Shown: positions 33,944 to 42,643 of the stretch, one piece after another | How the letters are laid out: every line of letters starts with the position of its first letter | Position numbering within the stretch: position 1 is the first letter of the stretch | From: an uncultured Actinomycetota bacterium | GTDB taxonomy: Bacteria > Actinomycetota > Actinomycetes > Streptosporangiales > Streptosporangiaceae | Direction of reading: 5' to 3' | DNA length: 64,000 nucleotides | Assembly: GCA_963792725.1 (NCBI GenBank) | Contig: CAWBXJ010000001.1 | Coordinates: forward strand, 830,937-894,936 | Made by a program: the position numbers and the translations under genes | Notes under the pieces: model-generated | What the model was told of the DNA's origin: nothing | The model's input: the letters and a program-made list of their open reading frames with translations, nothing else | Databases searched by the model: none

Positions 33944-34834
33944 TCAGCCTCCGTTCATTCGGTAGCTGCCATGGCGGAAATCGTCGGCAAGCCCCGGATG
34001 GGATGGATGCCAGCCGAGCTCGGCCTGGGCTTTGGCCGCGTCGGTGCCCTGGTCGAGCAGAAGAACTTCGGCGAAGTAGTCGCCCAGGCGTGCCCGCGAC
34101 TCCTCGTCGGACCCGGCGACCGCGCCTGGCGCGCCGACCGCGACAGCGGCCGCCTCCGTCAGCTCGGCAACGGCCGGGTTCGAGCCGTCCCCGACGACGT
34201 AGCGGCCGCGGGCCGAGTCGTCCTCCAGGACGCGCCGGAAGAAGTCGGCCAGGTCCGCGGCATGCACCGTGGACCAGTGCTGCCGCCCGGTGCCGAGCAT
34301 GATCAGGTTGCCGGCCTCGTCACGCGGGGAACCAAGCAGCAGCCCCGGAACCCCGCCTCCGCCGTCCCCGTAAGCGACGCTGGAGACGATCACGACCCCG
34401 CGCATGCCAGCCGCGTCGAGCACCCGGCGCTCGATCGGCTCCCGCCACGCCACCATCGCCGGGGCCTTCACCGGCGACTCCTCGGTGATGGCGGTATTGT
34501 CCCCGTAAATCCAGTCGCCGCTGATGTGCAGATACGGCTTGCCCGTGCCCTCGAACGCGGCGGTCGCCGCGCCGGCTACCGCCGAGTCCAGATCCGCGCT
34601 GGAAGCGTCGCCCGGACTGGCCGTGTGAACCGCCCCGCCGGCGCCGCTGAATAGGCTCGCGACCGCCGGCCGGTCGTACAGGTCCACCACCGCCGGCGTC
34701 GCGCCCACCGCAGCGACCCGATCCGCCTCGCTCACGTCGCGGACCACCGCGGTCACCTCGTGACCATGCCCCAGCAAGTCAGCCAGTATGTGCGAGCCGA
34801 TAAACCCCGTAGAACCAGTGAGCGTCACATTCAT
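33944..34834 (-). CDS. NAD(P)-binding epimerase/dehydratase-family protein
   Basis: The start MNVTLTGSTGFIGSHILADLLGHGHEV is at 34834. The longer ORF extension upstream is Arg/Pro-rich noise. Confidence 0.8.
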   Translation of the reverse strand: MNVTLTGSTGFIGSHILADLLGHGHEVTAVVRDVSEADRVAAVGATPAVVDLYDRPAVASLFSGAGGAVHTASPGDASSADLDSAVAGAATAAFEGTGKPYLHISGDWIYGDNTAITEESPVKAPAMVAWREPIERRVLDAAGMRGVVIVSSVAYGDGGGGVPGLLLGSPRDEAGNLIMLGTGRQHWSTVHAADLADFFRRVLEDDSARGRYVVGDGSNPAVAELTEAAAVAVGAPGAVAGSDEESRARLGDYFAEVLLLDQGTDAAKAQAELGWHPSHPGLADDFRHGSYRMNGG

Positions 34835-34851
34835 AGTCGATTCCCCCCGTT

Positions 34852-35727
34852 CTATGCCGTCGACGCCAGCAGCTCGCGTGCCTCTGCGTCGAGTTCGATG
34901 TTCGCGACGGCCATGTTCTCCTGCAGGTGGCGTGTCGAGGACGTGCCGGGTATCAGCAGCACGTTCGGCCGGAGGCTGAGCAGCCAGGCCAGGGCTATCT
35001 GGGCCGGTGTGTGGCCGGTGCGTGCCGCGATAGCGATGACCCTCGGGTCGCCGACGACGGGATTGCCCTGGGTGAAGGCCGAGCCGAGCGGGAAGAAGGG
35101 CACGAAGGCAATGCCGAGCGCATAGCACTCCTCGAGCACGGGCATGGCGGCCCGGTCCGCGAGGTTCAGCGGATTCTGCACGCAGGCGATGTCTGTGACC
35201 GAGAGCGCGTGCCGCAGGTGGTCGCGGGTGACGTTGCTCAGACCGACGCCGCCGATCAGCCCGTCGTCGCGCGCTTGCGCCATGGCGGCGAGCTGGTCGT
35301 CGAACCGCTGGTCGGGCTCGGCGCCGTCCATCAGTCGCAAATTGACCGCAGCGAGCTGGCCAACTCCCAGGCTGCGCAGGTTGTCCTCGATTCCCTGCCT
35401 GAGCTGGGCAGGCTGGTCGTACCGCAGCACTGCGCCCGCCTCGTCGCGGCGCGCGCCAACCTTGCTGACTAGGGCGAGACCCGCCGGGTACGGGTACAGC
35501 GCTGCCCGGATGAGCTCATTCGCGACATCGGGACCGTAGTACTGGGCGGTGTCGATGTGGTCGACGCCGAGTTCGACGGCGCGACGGAGAACGGCAATAG
35601 CTTCATCGCGGTCGCGCGGCGGCCCGAACACCCCCGGGCCAGGCAGCTGCATCGCGCCGAAACCCACCCGAGACACGGTTGCCGCTCCCAGGACATAACG
35701 GGGCGTACTGCCACTTGTCATGTCCAT
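34852..35727 (-). CDS. aldo/keto reductase
   Basis: It reads VGFGAMQLPGPGVFGPPRDRDEAIAVLRRAVELGVDHIDTAQYYG. GGAAGGG lies upstream of the ATG at 35727. Confidence 0.85.
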   Translation of the reverse strand: MDMTSGSTPRYVLGAATVSRVGFGAMQLPGPGVFGPPRDRDEAIAVLRRAVELGVDHIDTAQYYGPDVANELIRAALYPYPAGLALVSKVGARRDEAGAVLRYDQPAQLRQGIEDNLRSLGVGQLAAVNLRLMDGAEPDQRFDDQLAAMAQARDDGLIGGVGLSNVTRDHLRHALSVTDIACVQNPLNLADRAAMPVLEECYALGIAFVPFFPLGSAFTQGNPVVGDPRVIAIAARTGHTPAQIALAWLLSLRPNVLLIPGTSSTRHLQENMAVANIELDAEARELLASTA

Positions 35728-35844
35728 CACGCCCTTCCGTGCCGTGTCCACAGACCCATAGTCGATCCCAGGCGGGTGATCCTGCATCACCAGGATCAGG
35801 TGAGCCTGGTCCCCGGCAATGCTCAAAGGCCGCGCCGAGGCCGG

Positions 35845-37011
35845 ATGATGGCGCCGAGCCCGCGCCCTGGCTCTAGCATCAGGTCCGTGCGCGTCGCTGG
35901 AGCAGCTCTCGGTGTCCTGATAGTGGGCGCGGTCTGGGTGAACGTGGCCATCACCCTGGTCATCCCTCGTGGCCGCATCGGGTTCATCAAGGTCGTCGAC
36001 CGGCTCGTTGACAAGGTGTATACGGCGGTCGGCCGCCTCGTGCCGACCTGGGAACGGCGGGACGCCCTGCTCGCCAGCCAGCCCGTCGCCGCACTAGGAC
36101 TGCTGCTGGTCACCTGGCTTGCCGGGTTCCTGATCGGCTTCGGGCTGTTGCTGTGGCTACCAGGAGGCAGCTTCCCCGGTGCCCTTCGCGAGGCAGGCTC
36201 GTCCTTGTTCACCCTGGGGTTCGCCGCCAGGAGCGGCGGCGAGCCGAGCACTGCCGAGTTCCTGGCGGCTGCCTCGGGACTGGTAATCGTCGCCCTTCAA
36301 ATCGCCTACCTGCCGACGCTGTACGCCGCCTACAACCGGCGGGAAACGACAGTCACGCTGCTTGGTCCGCGCGCCGGGAGCCCGGCATGGGGACCGGAGC
36401 TCCTCGCGCGAGCCCAGATGGCGCACGGCATCGAGCAGCTGTCGGATCTCTACCAGGATTGGGAGCGCTGGTCAGCCGACGTCGCGGAGTCGCACTCGAG
36501 CTACCCGTCGCTGATGCGGTTCCGGTCACCCGAACCACATAGCTCGTGGATCGTGTCACAGCTGGCCGTTCTGGACGCTGGCGCTCTCCACCTGGCGGCA
36601 TGCCCGGCGACCGCTCCGCTCGCTGCCAGGCTGTGCGTGCAGATGGGCTTCAACTGCCTGCGGAAGCTGACCCGGACGCTCCGGATCCCGGTCGACGACG
36701 ACCCACGGCCCGACGACCCGGTCCAGCTGTCGTGGGATGAATTCCTCGAAGGCTGGCAGCGGCTGACGGCCGTCGGATTCCCGGTCGAACGGACAGCCGA
36801 GGAGGCCTGGCCACATTTCCGCGGCTGGCGCGTCAACTACGAGGCGGCTGCCTACAAGCTCGCGGCGGGCCTGGACGCAGTCCCGGCGCGCTGGTCAGGT
36901 CCCCGCCGCCACGCCTGGGGACCGTTCGAGCCGCGGCGGCTGGCCAACCGCACGCCCGAGCACCCCGATGGCCAGCCGGTGACGGCGGCAGACAGCCTCA
37001 ATGGCGACTGA
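35845..37011 (+). CDS. hypothetical integral membrane protein
   Basis: The start is MMAPSPRPG. Several TM segments are present (VAGAALGVLIVGAVWVNVAITLVI, LGLLLVTWLAGFLIGFGLLLWL). No family was recognised. Confidence 0.65.
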   Translation: MMAPSPRPGSSIRSVRVAGAALGVLIVGAVWVNVAITLVIPRGRIGFIKVVDRLVDKVYTAVGRLVPTWERRDALLASQPVAALGLLLVTWLAGFLIGFGLLLWLPGGSFPGALREAGSSLFTLGFAARSGGEPSTAEFLAAASGLVIVALQIAYLPTLYAAYNRRETTVTLLGPRAGSPAWGPELLARAQMAHGIEQLSDLYQDWERWSADVAESHSSYPSLMRFRSPEPHSSWIVSQLAVLDAGALHLAACPATAPLAARLCVQMGFNCLRKLTRTLRIPVDDDPRPDDPVQLSWDEFLEGWQRLTAVGFPVERTAEEAWPHFRGWRVNYEAAAYKLAAGLDAVPARWSGPRRHAWGPFEPRRLANRTPEHPDGQPVTAADSLNGD

Positions 37012-37142
37012 CGCGTAGGCCCGCCGGGCGCCTGAACGAAGCTTCGTCCGGCGCTTCGGGGGTGCTGATGGGACCGGACGAACGCGGCGTTAGTGTGAGG
37101 CTTAAGGCCATCGGGAACGTAGCTAGCCGGGGGGTGGCAGCG

Positions 37143-37505
37143 ATGGCAGGACTGACTCGCAAGAGCCTGGACGCACCCGACGAGACCCGCCCGTTTGAAG
37201 CCGGGATGGGTCAGGTAGATCTTGTAAACTCCGCAGCAGGCCCGGTTGGCCGGGCGATATTCCAGCCTGGCTGGCAATGGTCAAGGCACGTCAAGCCGCT
37301 CGCCCAGACCGATAGCTGCCAGGCACCGCACATGGGCTACTACGTGTCCGGTCGGATGAAGGTCGTCATGGATGACGGCGAGGAGACCGAGTACGGTCCG
37401 GGTGACTTTGCGATCATCCCGCCAGGACACGACGCATGGACCGTCGGAGACGAGCCCTGCGTGGTCGTCGACTGGCAGGGCTTCGCCGACTACGCCAAGC
37501 GCTGA
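37143..37505 (+). CDS. cupin-domain protein
   Basis: It reads GRAIFQPGWQWSRHVKP...HMGYYVSGRMKVVMDDGEETEYGPGDFAIIPPGHDAW. Confidence 0.8.
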   Translation: MAGLTRKSLDAPDETRPFEAGMGQVDLVNSAAGPVGRAIFQPGWQWSRHVKPLAQTDSCQAPHMGYYVSGRMKVVMDDGEETEYGPGDFAIIPPGHDAWTVGDEPCVVVDWQGFADYAKR

Positions 37506-37559
37506 CGATCCGGCCGACCAGCAGCGACCCGGTGGGTGGTGCGAGCGTAGGTTGCTGCT

Positions 37560-37940
37560 GTGGTGCACTTCAGCAGGCTGTTCAAGGTTGTCATCGATGT
37601 ACCCGCCAGCAGCCACGACCGCGAGCTGTCTTTCTGGCAAGCGGCAACCGGCCGCCCGCTGCCGGAGCTCGGCTTCCGTGAGTATCACGGCAGTAGGCTC
37701 CACGGTCAGGACTTCTGCCTACTGGTGCAGCGCCTTGGCGAGGGCAGCGCCCGCGTACATGTCGATATCCACACCGATGACCTGACCGCCGAGGTCGCTC
37801 GGCTGGAGCGCCTCGGCGCTGAGCGCGTGCAGCCCGTGCATACCTGGTGGGTGATGCGCGACCCGGCCGGACTGCTGTTCTGCGTCATCCCAGAGCCCGC
37901 GGGGACCCTCCACGACGCCAACGCTCAACGGTGGGACTGA
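37560..37940 (+). CDS. VOC/glyoxalase-like domain protein
   Basis: It reads FKVVIDVPASSHDRELSFW...VHVDIHTDDLTAEVARLERLGA...MRDPAGLLFCV. Confidence 0.72.
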   Translation: MVHFSRLFKVVIDVPASSHDRELSFWQAATGRPLPELGFREYHGSRLHGQDFCLLVQRLGEGSARVHVDIHTDDLTAEVARLERLGAERVQPVHTWWVMRDPAGLLFCVIPEPAGTLHDANAQRWD

Positions 37941-37965
37941 CGCGCACGCAGGCTAAGGTGCCTGA

Positions 37966-38694
37966 GTGGATGAGCAAATGTGGGCGGCCTACGACGCAAT
38001 GGGCGGCGAGTATCAGCGGCACGCCGCCGATAGCGCATACAACGCCCACTACGACCGTCCGGCGGTTCTGGCTGCGCTAGGACCGGTCGGTGGCCAGCGC
38101 GTTCTGGATGCGGCATGCGGGCCAGGGCTGTACTCGCAAGAGCTGCTTGCGCGCGGCGCCGACGTGACGGCCTTTGACGCGAGCCCGGTGATGGTGGACC
38201 TCGCCCGGACGCGGATCGGAGACCGAGCCCAGGTCAATCAAGCCGTTCTCGGCAGGCCGCTGCCCTACGCCGATGGCGCTTTCGACCTCATCGTCTGCGC
38301 CCTTGCCATTCACTACGCCGATAATCGGGCCGCCGCCTTTACTGAGTTCTTCCGCGTCCTGCGTTCCGGCGGGGCTGTCGTGGCATCCACTCAGCATCCG
38401 ACCACGGACTGGCTGCGCAAGGGCGGGTCCTACTTCGACATCAGGCTGGAAACCGACGTCTGGCACACCCAGGCGGGCGACCAGCCGGTCCGGTTCTGGC
38501 GCGAGCCGCTGTCGGCCCTATGCGGCTACGCCGCCGATGCCGGATTCCTGATCGAGCGCGTCATCGAACCGCTCCCGGTCGACACCATGCGCGGGCGCTA
38601 TCCCGACGACTACGAGAAGCTGAGCAGAGAGCCCGGATTCCTGATTCTCCGCCTCGCCAAGCCGTACGAATCCGGCCCGCAGCCCGATAGCTGA
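37966..38694 (+). CDS. class I SAM-dependent methyltransferase
   Basis: Motif I reads VLDAACGPGLYSQELLARGADVTAFDASPVMV. Confidence 0.88.
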   Translation: MDEQMWAAYDAMGGEYQRHAADSAYNAHYDRPAVLAALGPVGGQRVLDAACGPGLYSQELLARGADVTAFDASPVMVDLARTRIGDRAQVNQAVLGRPLPYADGAFDLIVCALAIHYADNRAAAFTEFFRVLRSGGAVVASTQHPTTDWLRKGGSYFDIRLETDVWHTQAGDQPVRFWREPLSALCGYAADAGFLIERVIEPLPVDTMRGRYPDDYEKLSREPGFLILRLAKPYESGPQPDS

Positions 38695-38712
38695 CCGAAT
38701 CTGCCGATCCTG

Positions 38713-39111
38713 CTAGTCAGGGAACGGGGTCAGCGGGGACTTGTCGCCGACGAGCCAGACGTGGCCGAATGGGTCGGTGAATCCGCCCTGGCGGTGAACG
38801 CCCCACGGAGTCTGATGATCCCTGACGTCGTCCTGGGATCCGTCCGCGCCCGCCGCGACAGCCCGGGCAATGAACGCGTCTGGATCGTCGCAGAACACCT
38901 CGACCCGCGCCGTTGTCGCGCCAAGGCGCGCAGGACTGTCGAACGCCGAGCCCGTCCGCTCGTGCAGGAAGAAGGGGGCACCGTCAATCTCGAGCCCGAC
39001 CACGCTGCCGAGGTTCCACAATTCAGTGGCGCGCAGAGCGCGCTTGTACCAGTCAGCAGCGGTGGGCGCGGAGGACACCGCCAGCATCACCGAGATCTCC
39101 GTCTGTGTCAT
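38713..39111 (-). CDS. VOC-family protein (glyoxalase/bleomycin-resistance fold)
   Basis: It reads ISVMLAVSSAPTAADWYKRALRA...FTDPFGHVWLV. Confidence 0.82.
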   Translation of the reverse strand: MTQTEISVMLAVSSAPTAADWYKRALRATELWNLGSVVGLEIDGAPFFLHERTGSAFDSPARLGATTARVEVFCDDPDAFIARAVAAGADGSQDDVRDHQTPWGVHRQGGFTDPFGHVWLVGDKSPLTPFPD

Positions 39112-39197
39112 CGGACAAGGGTTCCTTCCCAGCTGCAGCGCGCTGAGCTCTTCTCGCCGAGCTGGGCGGCGTCGGCACGCCCGGCCTCAGGTCTCTC

Positions 39198-39944
39198 CTA
39201 TTGTGCTGCCATGCGGTGGTGCTCGCTGTAGCCAGGTATCGACCGCTCGAGCGCGGCCAGGATCACGCTGAGCCCGAACTCGAACTCCCTGCCGAAGCCG
39301 TACCCAGGCTGCAAGACGTGCCAGGTCGCCATCTCGGCGAGGTACGGGTACTGGTCGACGGAAGACTGCCGGGCGTGCGGCTCTGTGACCTCGGTGACCT
39401 CGGTGACCTCGGTGACCTCGGTGACCTCGGTGACCGCGGCGGCGGAGGCGGAGTTGAAGGGGACAGCGGCCTCTTGGAGGGCGAATCCGTAGACGTAGCT
39501 GTCGAGCAGGGCCTGCGCGTGAGCGGTCATCGCGATCGAGAAGCCAGCCACGCGCAGGGTGGCCAGGGTCGCGTCATGATGGCGCAGCGTCGCGGGACCG
39601 GGATTGGCCCGTGACTCCATGAGCCCGATCGCCCAGGAGTGCGAGCTGAGAACGCGACGCGCGGAGTCAGCCCGGCGGCGCATCTCGGCTTGCCAGTCAC
39701 CACCTGGCGATGGCACGTCGATCTCACTGAAGACGAGATCGACGATGCCGTCGAGGATCTCGTCCTTGTTCGCCACGTAGTAGTAGAGCGACATCGGCTT
39801 GACTCCGAGCTCCCTGGCCAGGGAGCGCATCGTCAGCGCCCTGACACCAGACGCGTCCGCGATTGCAACCGCGCCTCGCAGCACCCGCTCCCGGCTGAGC
39901 AGGGCGCGTCGAGCAGGGCGCTCGCTTGCTCGCTCCCCCACCAT
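39198..39944 (-). CDS. TetR-family regulator (tetracycline-repressor-like C-terminal domain) carrying an internal (VTE)n repeat
   Basis: The HTH reads RVLRGAVAIADASGVRALTMRSLARELGVKPMSLYYYVANKDEIL. The C-terminal domain reads ...FEFGLSVILAALE. Confidence 0.88.
   Translation of the reverse strand: MVGERASERPARRALLSRERVLRGAVAIADASGVRALTMRSLARELGVKPMSLYYYVANKDEILDGIVDLVFSEIDVPSPGGDWQAEMRRRADSARRVLSSHSWAIGLMESRANPGPATLRHHDATLATLRVAGFSIAMTAHAQALLDSYVYGFALQEAAVPFNSASAAAVTEVTEVTEVTEVTEVTEPHARQSSVDQYPYLAEMATWHVLQPGYGFGREFEFGLSVILAALERSIPGYSEHHRMAAQ
39385..39435. repeat. 9-bp tandem repeat GTGACCTCG x5.7 (in frame, encodes TEV/VTE repeats)
   Basis: Units were read at 39385, 39394, 39403, 39412 and 39421, plus a partial unit at 39430-39435. 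Confidence 0.95.
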
Positions 39945-39967
39945 TGTCCCCGATCGATAGCCATCTC

Positions 39968-40013
39968 GTACTTAGTACTGTAGCGTCTCGTACTAGGCGC
40001 CGTACTAAGTACG
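39968..40013. promoter_or_regulatory. pair of palindromic GTACTnAGTAC boxes (candidate TetR operators) in the TetR/oxidoreductase divergent region
   Basis: GTACTTAGTAC lies at 39968-39978. CGTACTAAGTACG, a 13-bp perfect palindrome, lies at 40001-40013. A half-site CGTACTAGG lies at 39989-39997. Confidence 0.45.
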
Positions 40014-40053
40014 GTCACCAGGCCGCGCGGTGCCGCTGGCAGAAGGAGCCGTC

Positions 40054-41091
40054 ATGCAACCCACGCCGCTGCAACCTGCGACGGGCGAGGACGCGAATGG
40101 TTCGCCGATGGCGGACAGCTCGATGCAGGCAGTAGTTCAGGATGCTTACGGTTCCGCTGACGTCTTGCGCCTGGCGCGGATCACACGTCCCGAGATCGGC
40201 GCCAACGACGTGCTGTTGCGGGTGCACGCGGCGGGCCTGGACCGCGGCGCCTGGCATCTGATGACAGGCATGCCCTACCTGATCCGCCTTGGCTCCGGAT
40301 TCGGCAAGCCGAAGAACCGGGTGCGCGGGCGGGAGGTGGCCGGCACCGTTGTCGCCATTGGCTCGGCGGTGACCAGGTTCTCGCCAGGGGACGAGGTATT
40401 CGGAGTCGGCCGCGGCACCTTCGCCGAGTACGCAGCGGCCAGGGAGGACAAGCTCGCCCGCAAGCCGGCGAACGCCAGCTTCGAGCAGGCCGCCGTGGTC
40501 CCGGTATCAGCGCTTACCGCATTGCAGGCCCTTACCGGTGCCGGCCGGGTCAAGCAGGGAGACAAGGTGCTGGTCATCGGCGCGTCCGGTGGCGTCGGCA
40601 GCTACGCCGTCCAGCTGGCCAAGGCCTTCGGAGCCGAGGTCACCGGCGTGTGCAGCACTGCCAAACTCGACCTGGTGCGATCCCTCGGCGCCGATCATGT
40701 CATCGACTACAGCACTACTGACTTCGCCGATGGCCCGCTCAGCTACGACCTCATCCTGGACATCGCCGGGAACCCCGCTCCGTCACGGCTGCGCCGCGCC
40801 CTCGCGCCTGCCGGAACCGCGGTCATGGTCGGCGGCGAGGCCGGCGGCACCTGGACTGGCGGCATGGATCGGCAGCTGCGGGCCATGGCCCTCTCATTGT
40901 TCGGACGCCAGCGGCTCACCAGCTGTCTCTGCAAGGAGCGCTCCGCCGACCTCGAACGACTCACGGAACTTATCGAAGCGGGGAAGGTGACGCCGAGCGT
41001 CGATCGCTCGTACCCGCTCGACCAGGTACCCGATGCCATGCGTCACCTGGCAGCGGGGAAGGCGCGCGGTAAGGTCGCCATCACCATCTGA
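40054..41091 (+). CDS. NADPH:quinone-reductase-like MDR oxidoreductase
   Basis: It reads MQAVVQDAYGSADVLRL and VLVIGASGGVGSYAVQLAK. GAAGGAG lies 5 nt upstream of the ATG at 40054. The start could also be at 40108 or 40123. Confidence 0.82.
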   Translation: MQPTPLQPATGEDANGSPMADSSMQAVVQDAYGSADVLRLARITRPEIGANDVLLRVHAAGLDRGAWHLMTGMPYLIRLGSGFGKPKNRVRGREVAGTVVAIGSAVTRFSPGDEVFGVGRGTFAEYAAAREDKLARKPANASFEQAAVVPVSALTALQALTGAGRVKQGDKVLVIGASGGVGSYAVQLAKAFGAEVTGVCSTAKLDLVRSLGADHVIDYSTTDFADGPLSYDLILDIAGNPAPSRLRRALAPAGTAVMVGGEAGGTWTGGMDRQLRAMALSLFGRQRLTSCLCKERSADLERLTELIEAGKVTPSVDRSYPLDQVPDAMRHLAAGKARGKVAITI

Positions 41092-41100
41092 GCCAAGCAG

Positions 41101-42603
41101 TTACCCCGGCGCTCGCTCACCTGTCAGCAGATCCACGACGTGTCGGAGCGTCTCGTCATCGCCGACGTTGCCGGCGAAGACGACGTAAGGCACGCCTATC
41201 ACCTCTGGTGCCGCATCGAGGGGCCGGAAAACCGAAATCAAGCCGGGAAACAGCTGGCCGGCTACTTCGGCGCGGCGGATGCCCAGGCCGTGCACCGCGA
41301 CGTCGTGCGAGGTGATACCGCCCTTGGCGACAATCCAGGCCGGCCTCGCGGCCAGCGCCTCGCGGATCGTGCCCGACATCGCTCCGGACACCTTGCGAGC
41401 GATCGCCAGACTGTCAGCCCCGTCATGGCCCTGAGTGACGGTGCGGCTGGTGTAGAGCAGGACATCTGACTCATGCAGCGCGCGGGCGACCTGACGTGCC
41501 GTGTCGGCAACCACGGCGTCGGCTCCGCTCAGGATGGCGGCAACGTCGAGTTCGATGTTGGTCGTGCCGCCATGGCTGCGGAGCACGGCAAGTTGCCGGC
41601 TCGTCTGGCCGACGTGGGAGCCGACAGCGATCAGGCCATGCGTGCCCGGCGCGGCTGCCGACCTGATCTCCAGACCCCGGAGTGGAGCCTTCGGCTCGAG
41701 TCCGATCAGGGCGCGCACGAACGACGGCCCGGTGCGGAAGAGAAAGGATTGGCCTGCGCGCTCGGCCAGCAGCACCCCGTAGGCCACAGTTTCCAGGTCG
41801 GAGTACTCGGTGGCGTTGACGACGATCCACCTGCCGTCCTGCGCGTTGGCCAGCAGCTCCCTGACCCTGGCCGCGCCGCCGATCCTGATGTCCGCGAGGC
41901 TGATGCTGCGCACGTCATCACGTGCGATCAGGCCGCCGCTCTTCTCGGCCAGGAAGTCGCGCAGGTTCGACGACCTGTAGCCGAACGCGGCGTCTCGGGC
42001 GAACTCTGTCTGGCCGACCGGGATCAGGTCACGGCCGACTCGCGCCCAGTGGATGTCGGCAGCGGTCAGCCGCCCGGCCTCCAGGAAGGCAGGAATCAGC
42101 AGGACAGCGTCGAAACCGCTGCCGAGCCCATCTCGGCGCGCAGCCTGGATCGCTGCCACCTCCGCCAGTACGTGGCCGCGCAGCGTCGAGTCGCTCCGAC
42201 TGATCAGCTGCATCCGCGCGCTACGGCTTCGGGCTGCAGCCAGCAGGCCGCAAGCGGCCTGAGTGGTCAGCTCGGTGGCTGCCGGTTCGCCGAGACTGCG
42301 CGTGTTGGTCAGGACGAAGCACACATGAGCCGGGCTGTCGAGCGCTGCCTGCAGGACGTCTTCGTCGAGGACAGTCACGACCTGGACGTCGTGCACCGCC
42401 TGCGATCCGGTCGGGTCGTCGTCGAGCACGCCAAGTAGCAGGCCATCGGCGGCCCGGATGGCACGAATCGACGCCCGGAGGACACCGTCATCCGGCCTGG
42501 CCTGGGGTAGTCCGGCGAATACGCTGGTCGCCGATGGCGGCTCGTCGCGCAGCAATACGACCTCTCCCCAAGCCAGCTGAGGGCCGACGGGACGTACGAT
42601 CAC
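41101..42603 (-). CDS. four-carbon acid-sugar kinase family protein (DUF1537)
   Basis: It reads LLGVLDDDPTGSQAVHDVQVVTVLD, followed by a C-terminal nucleotide-binding domain. The start is uncertain: the ORF is open to 42663, and I chose the GTG at 42603 because GC3 drops upstream of it. Confidence 0.75.
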   Translation of the reverse strand: MIVRPVGPQLAWGEVVLLRDEPPSATSVFAGLPQARPDDGVLRASIRAIRAADGLLLGVLDDDPTGSQAVHDVQVVTVLDEDVLQAALDSPAHVCFVLTNTRSLGEPAATELTTQAACGLLAAARSRSARMQLISRSDSTLRGHVLAEVAAIQAARRDGLGSGFDAVLLIPAFLEAGRLTAADIHWARVGRDLIPVGQTEFARDAAFGYRSSNLRDFLAEKSGGLIARDDVRSISLADIRIGGAARVRELLANAQDGRWIVVNATEYSDLETVAYGVLLAERAGQSFLFRTGPSFVRALIGLEPKAPLRGLEIRSAAAPGTHGLIAVGSHVGQTSRQLAVLRSHGGTTNIELDVAAILSGADAVVADTARQVARALHESDVLLYTSRTVTQGHDGADSLAIARKVSGAMSGTIREALAARPAWIVAKGGITSHDVAVHGLGIRRAEVAGQLFPGLISVFRPLDAAPEVIGVPYVVFAGNVGDDETLRHVVDLLTGERAPG

Positions 42604-42643
42604 CCTATTCGAGCTCGGTGCTTGCCTCCAGACGGGAGACGCC

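Noticed and set aside
39385-39435. Possibility that the tandem nonamers are a CRISPR-like or regulatory array
   Set aside because: The units are contiguous with no spacers. They lie in frame inside a TetR coding sequence, and no cas genes are present.
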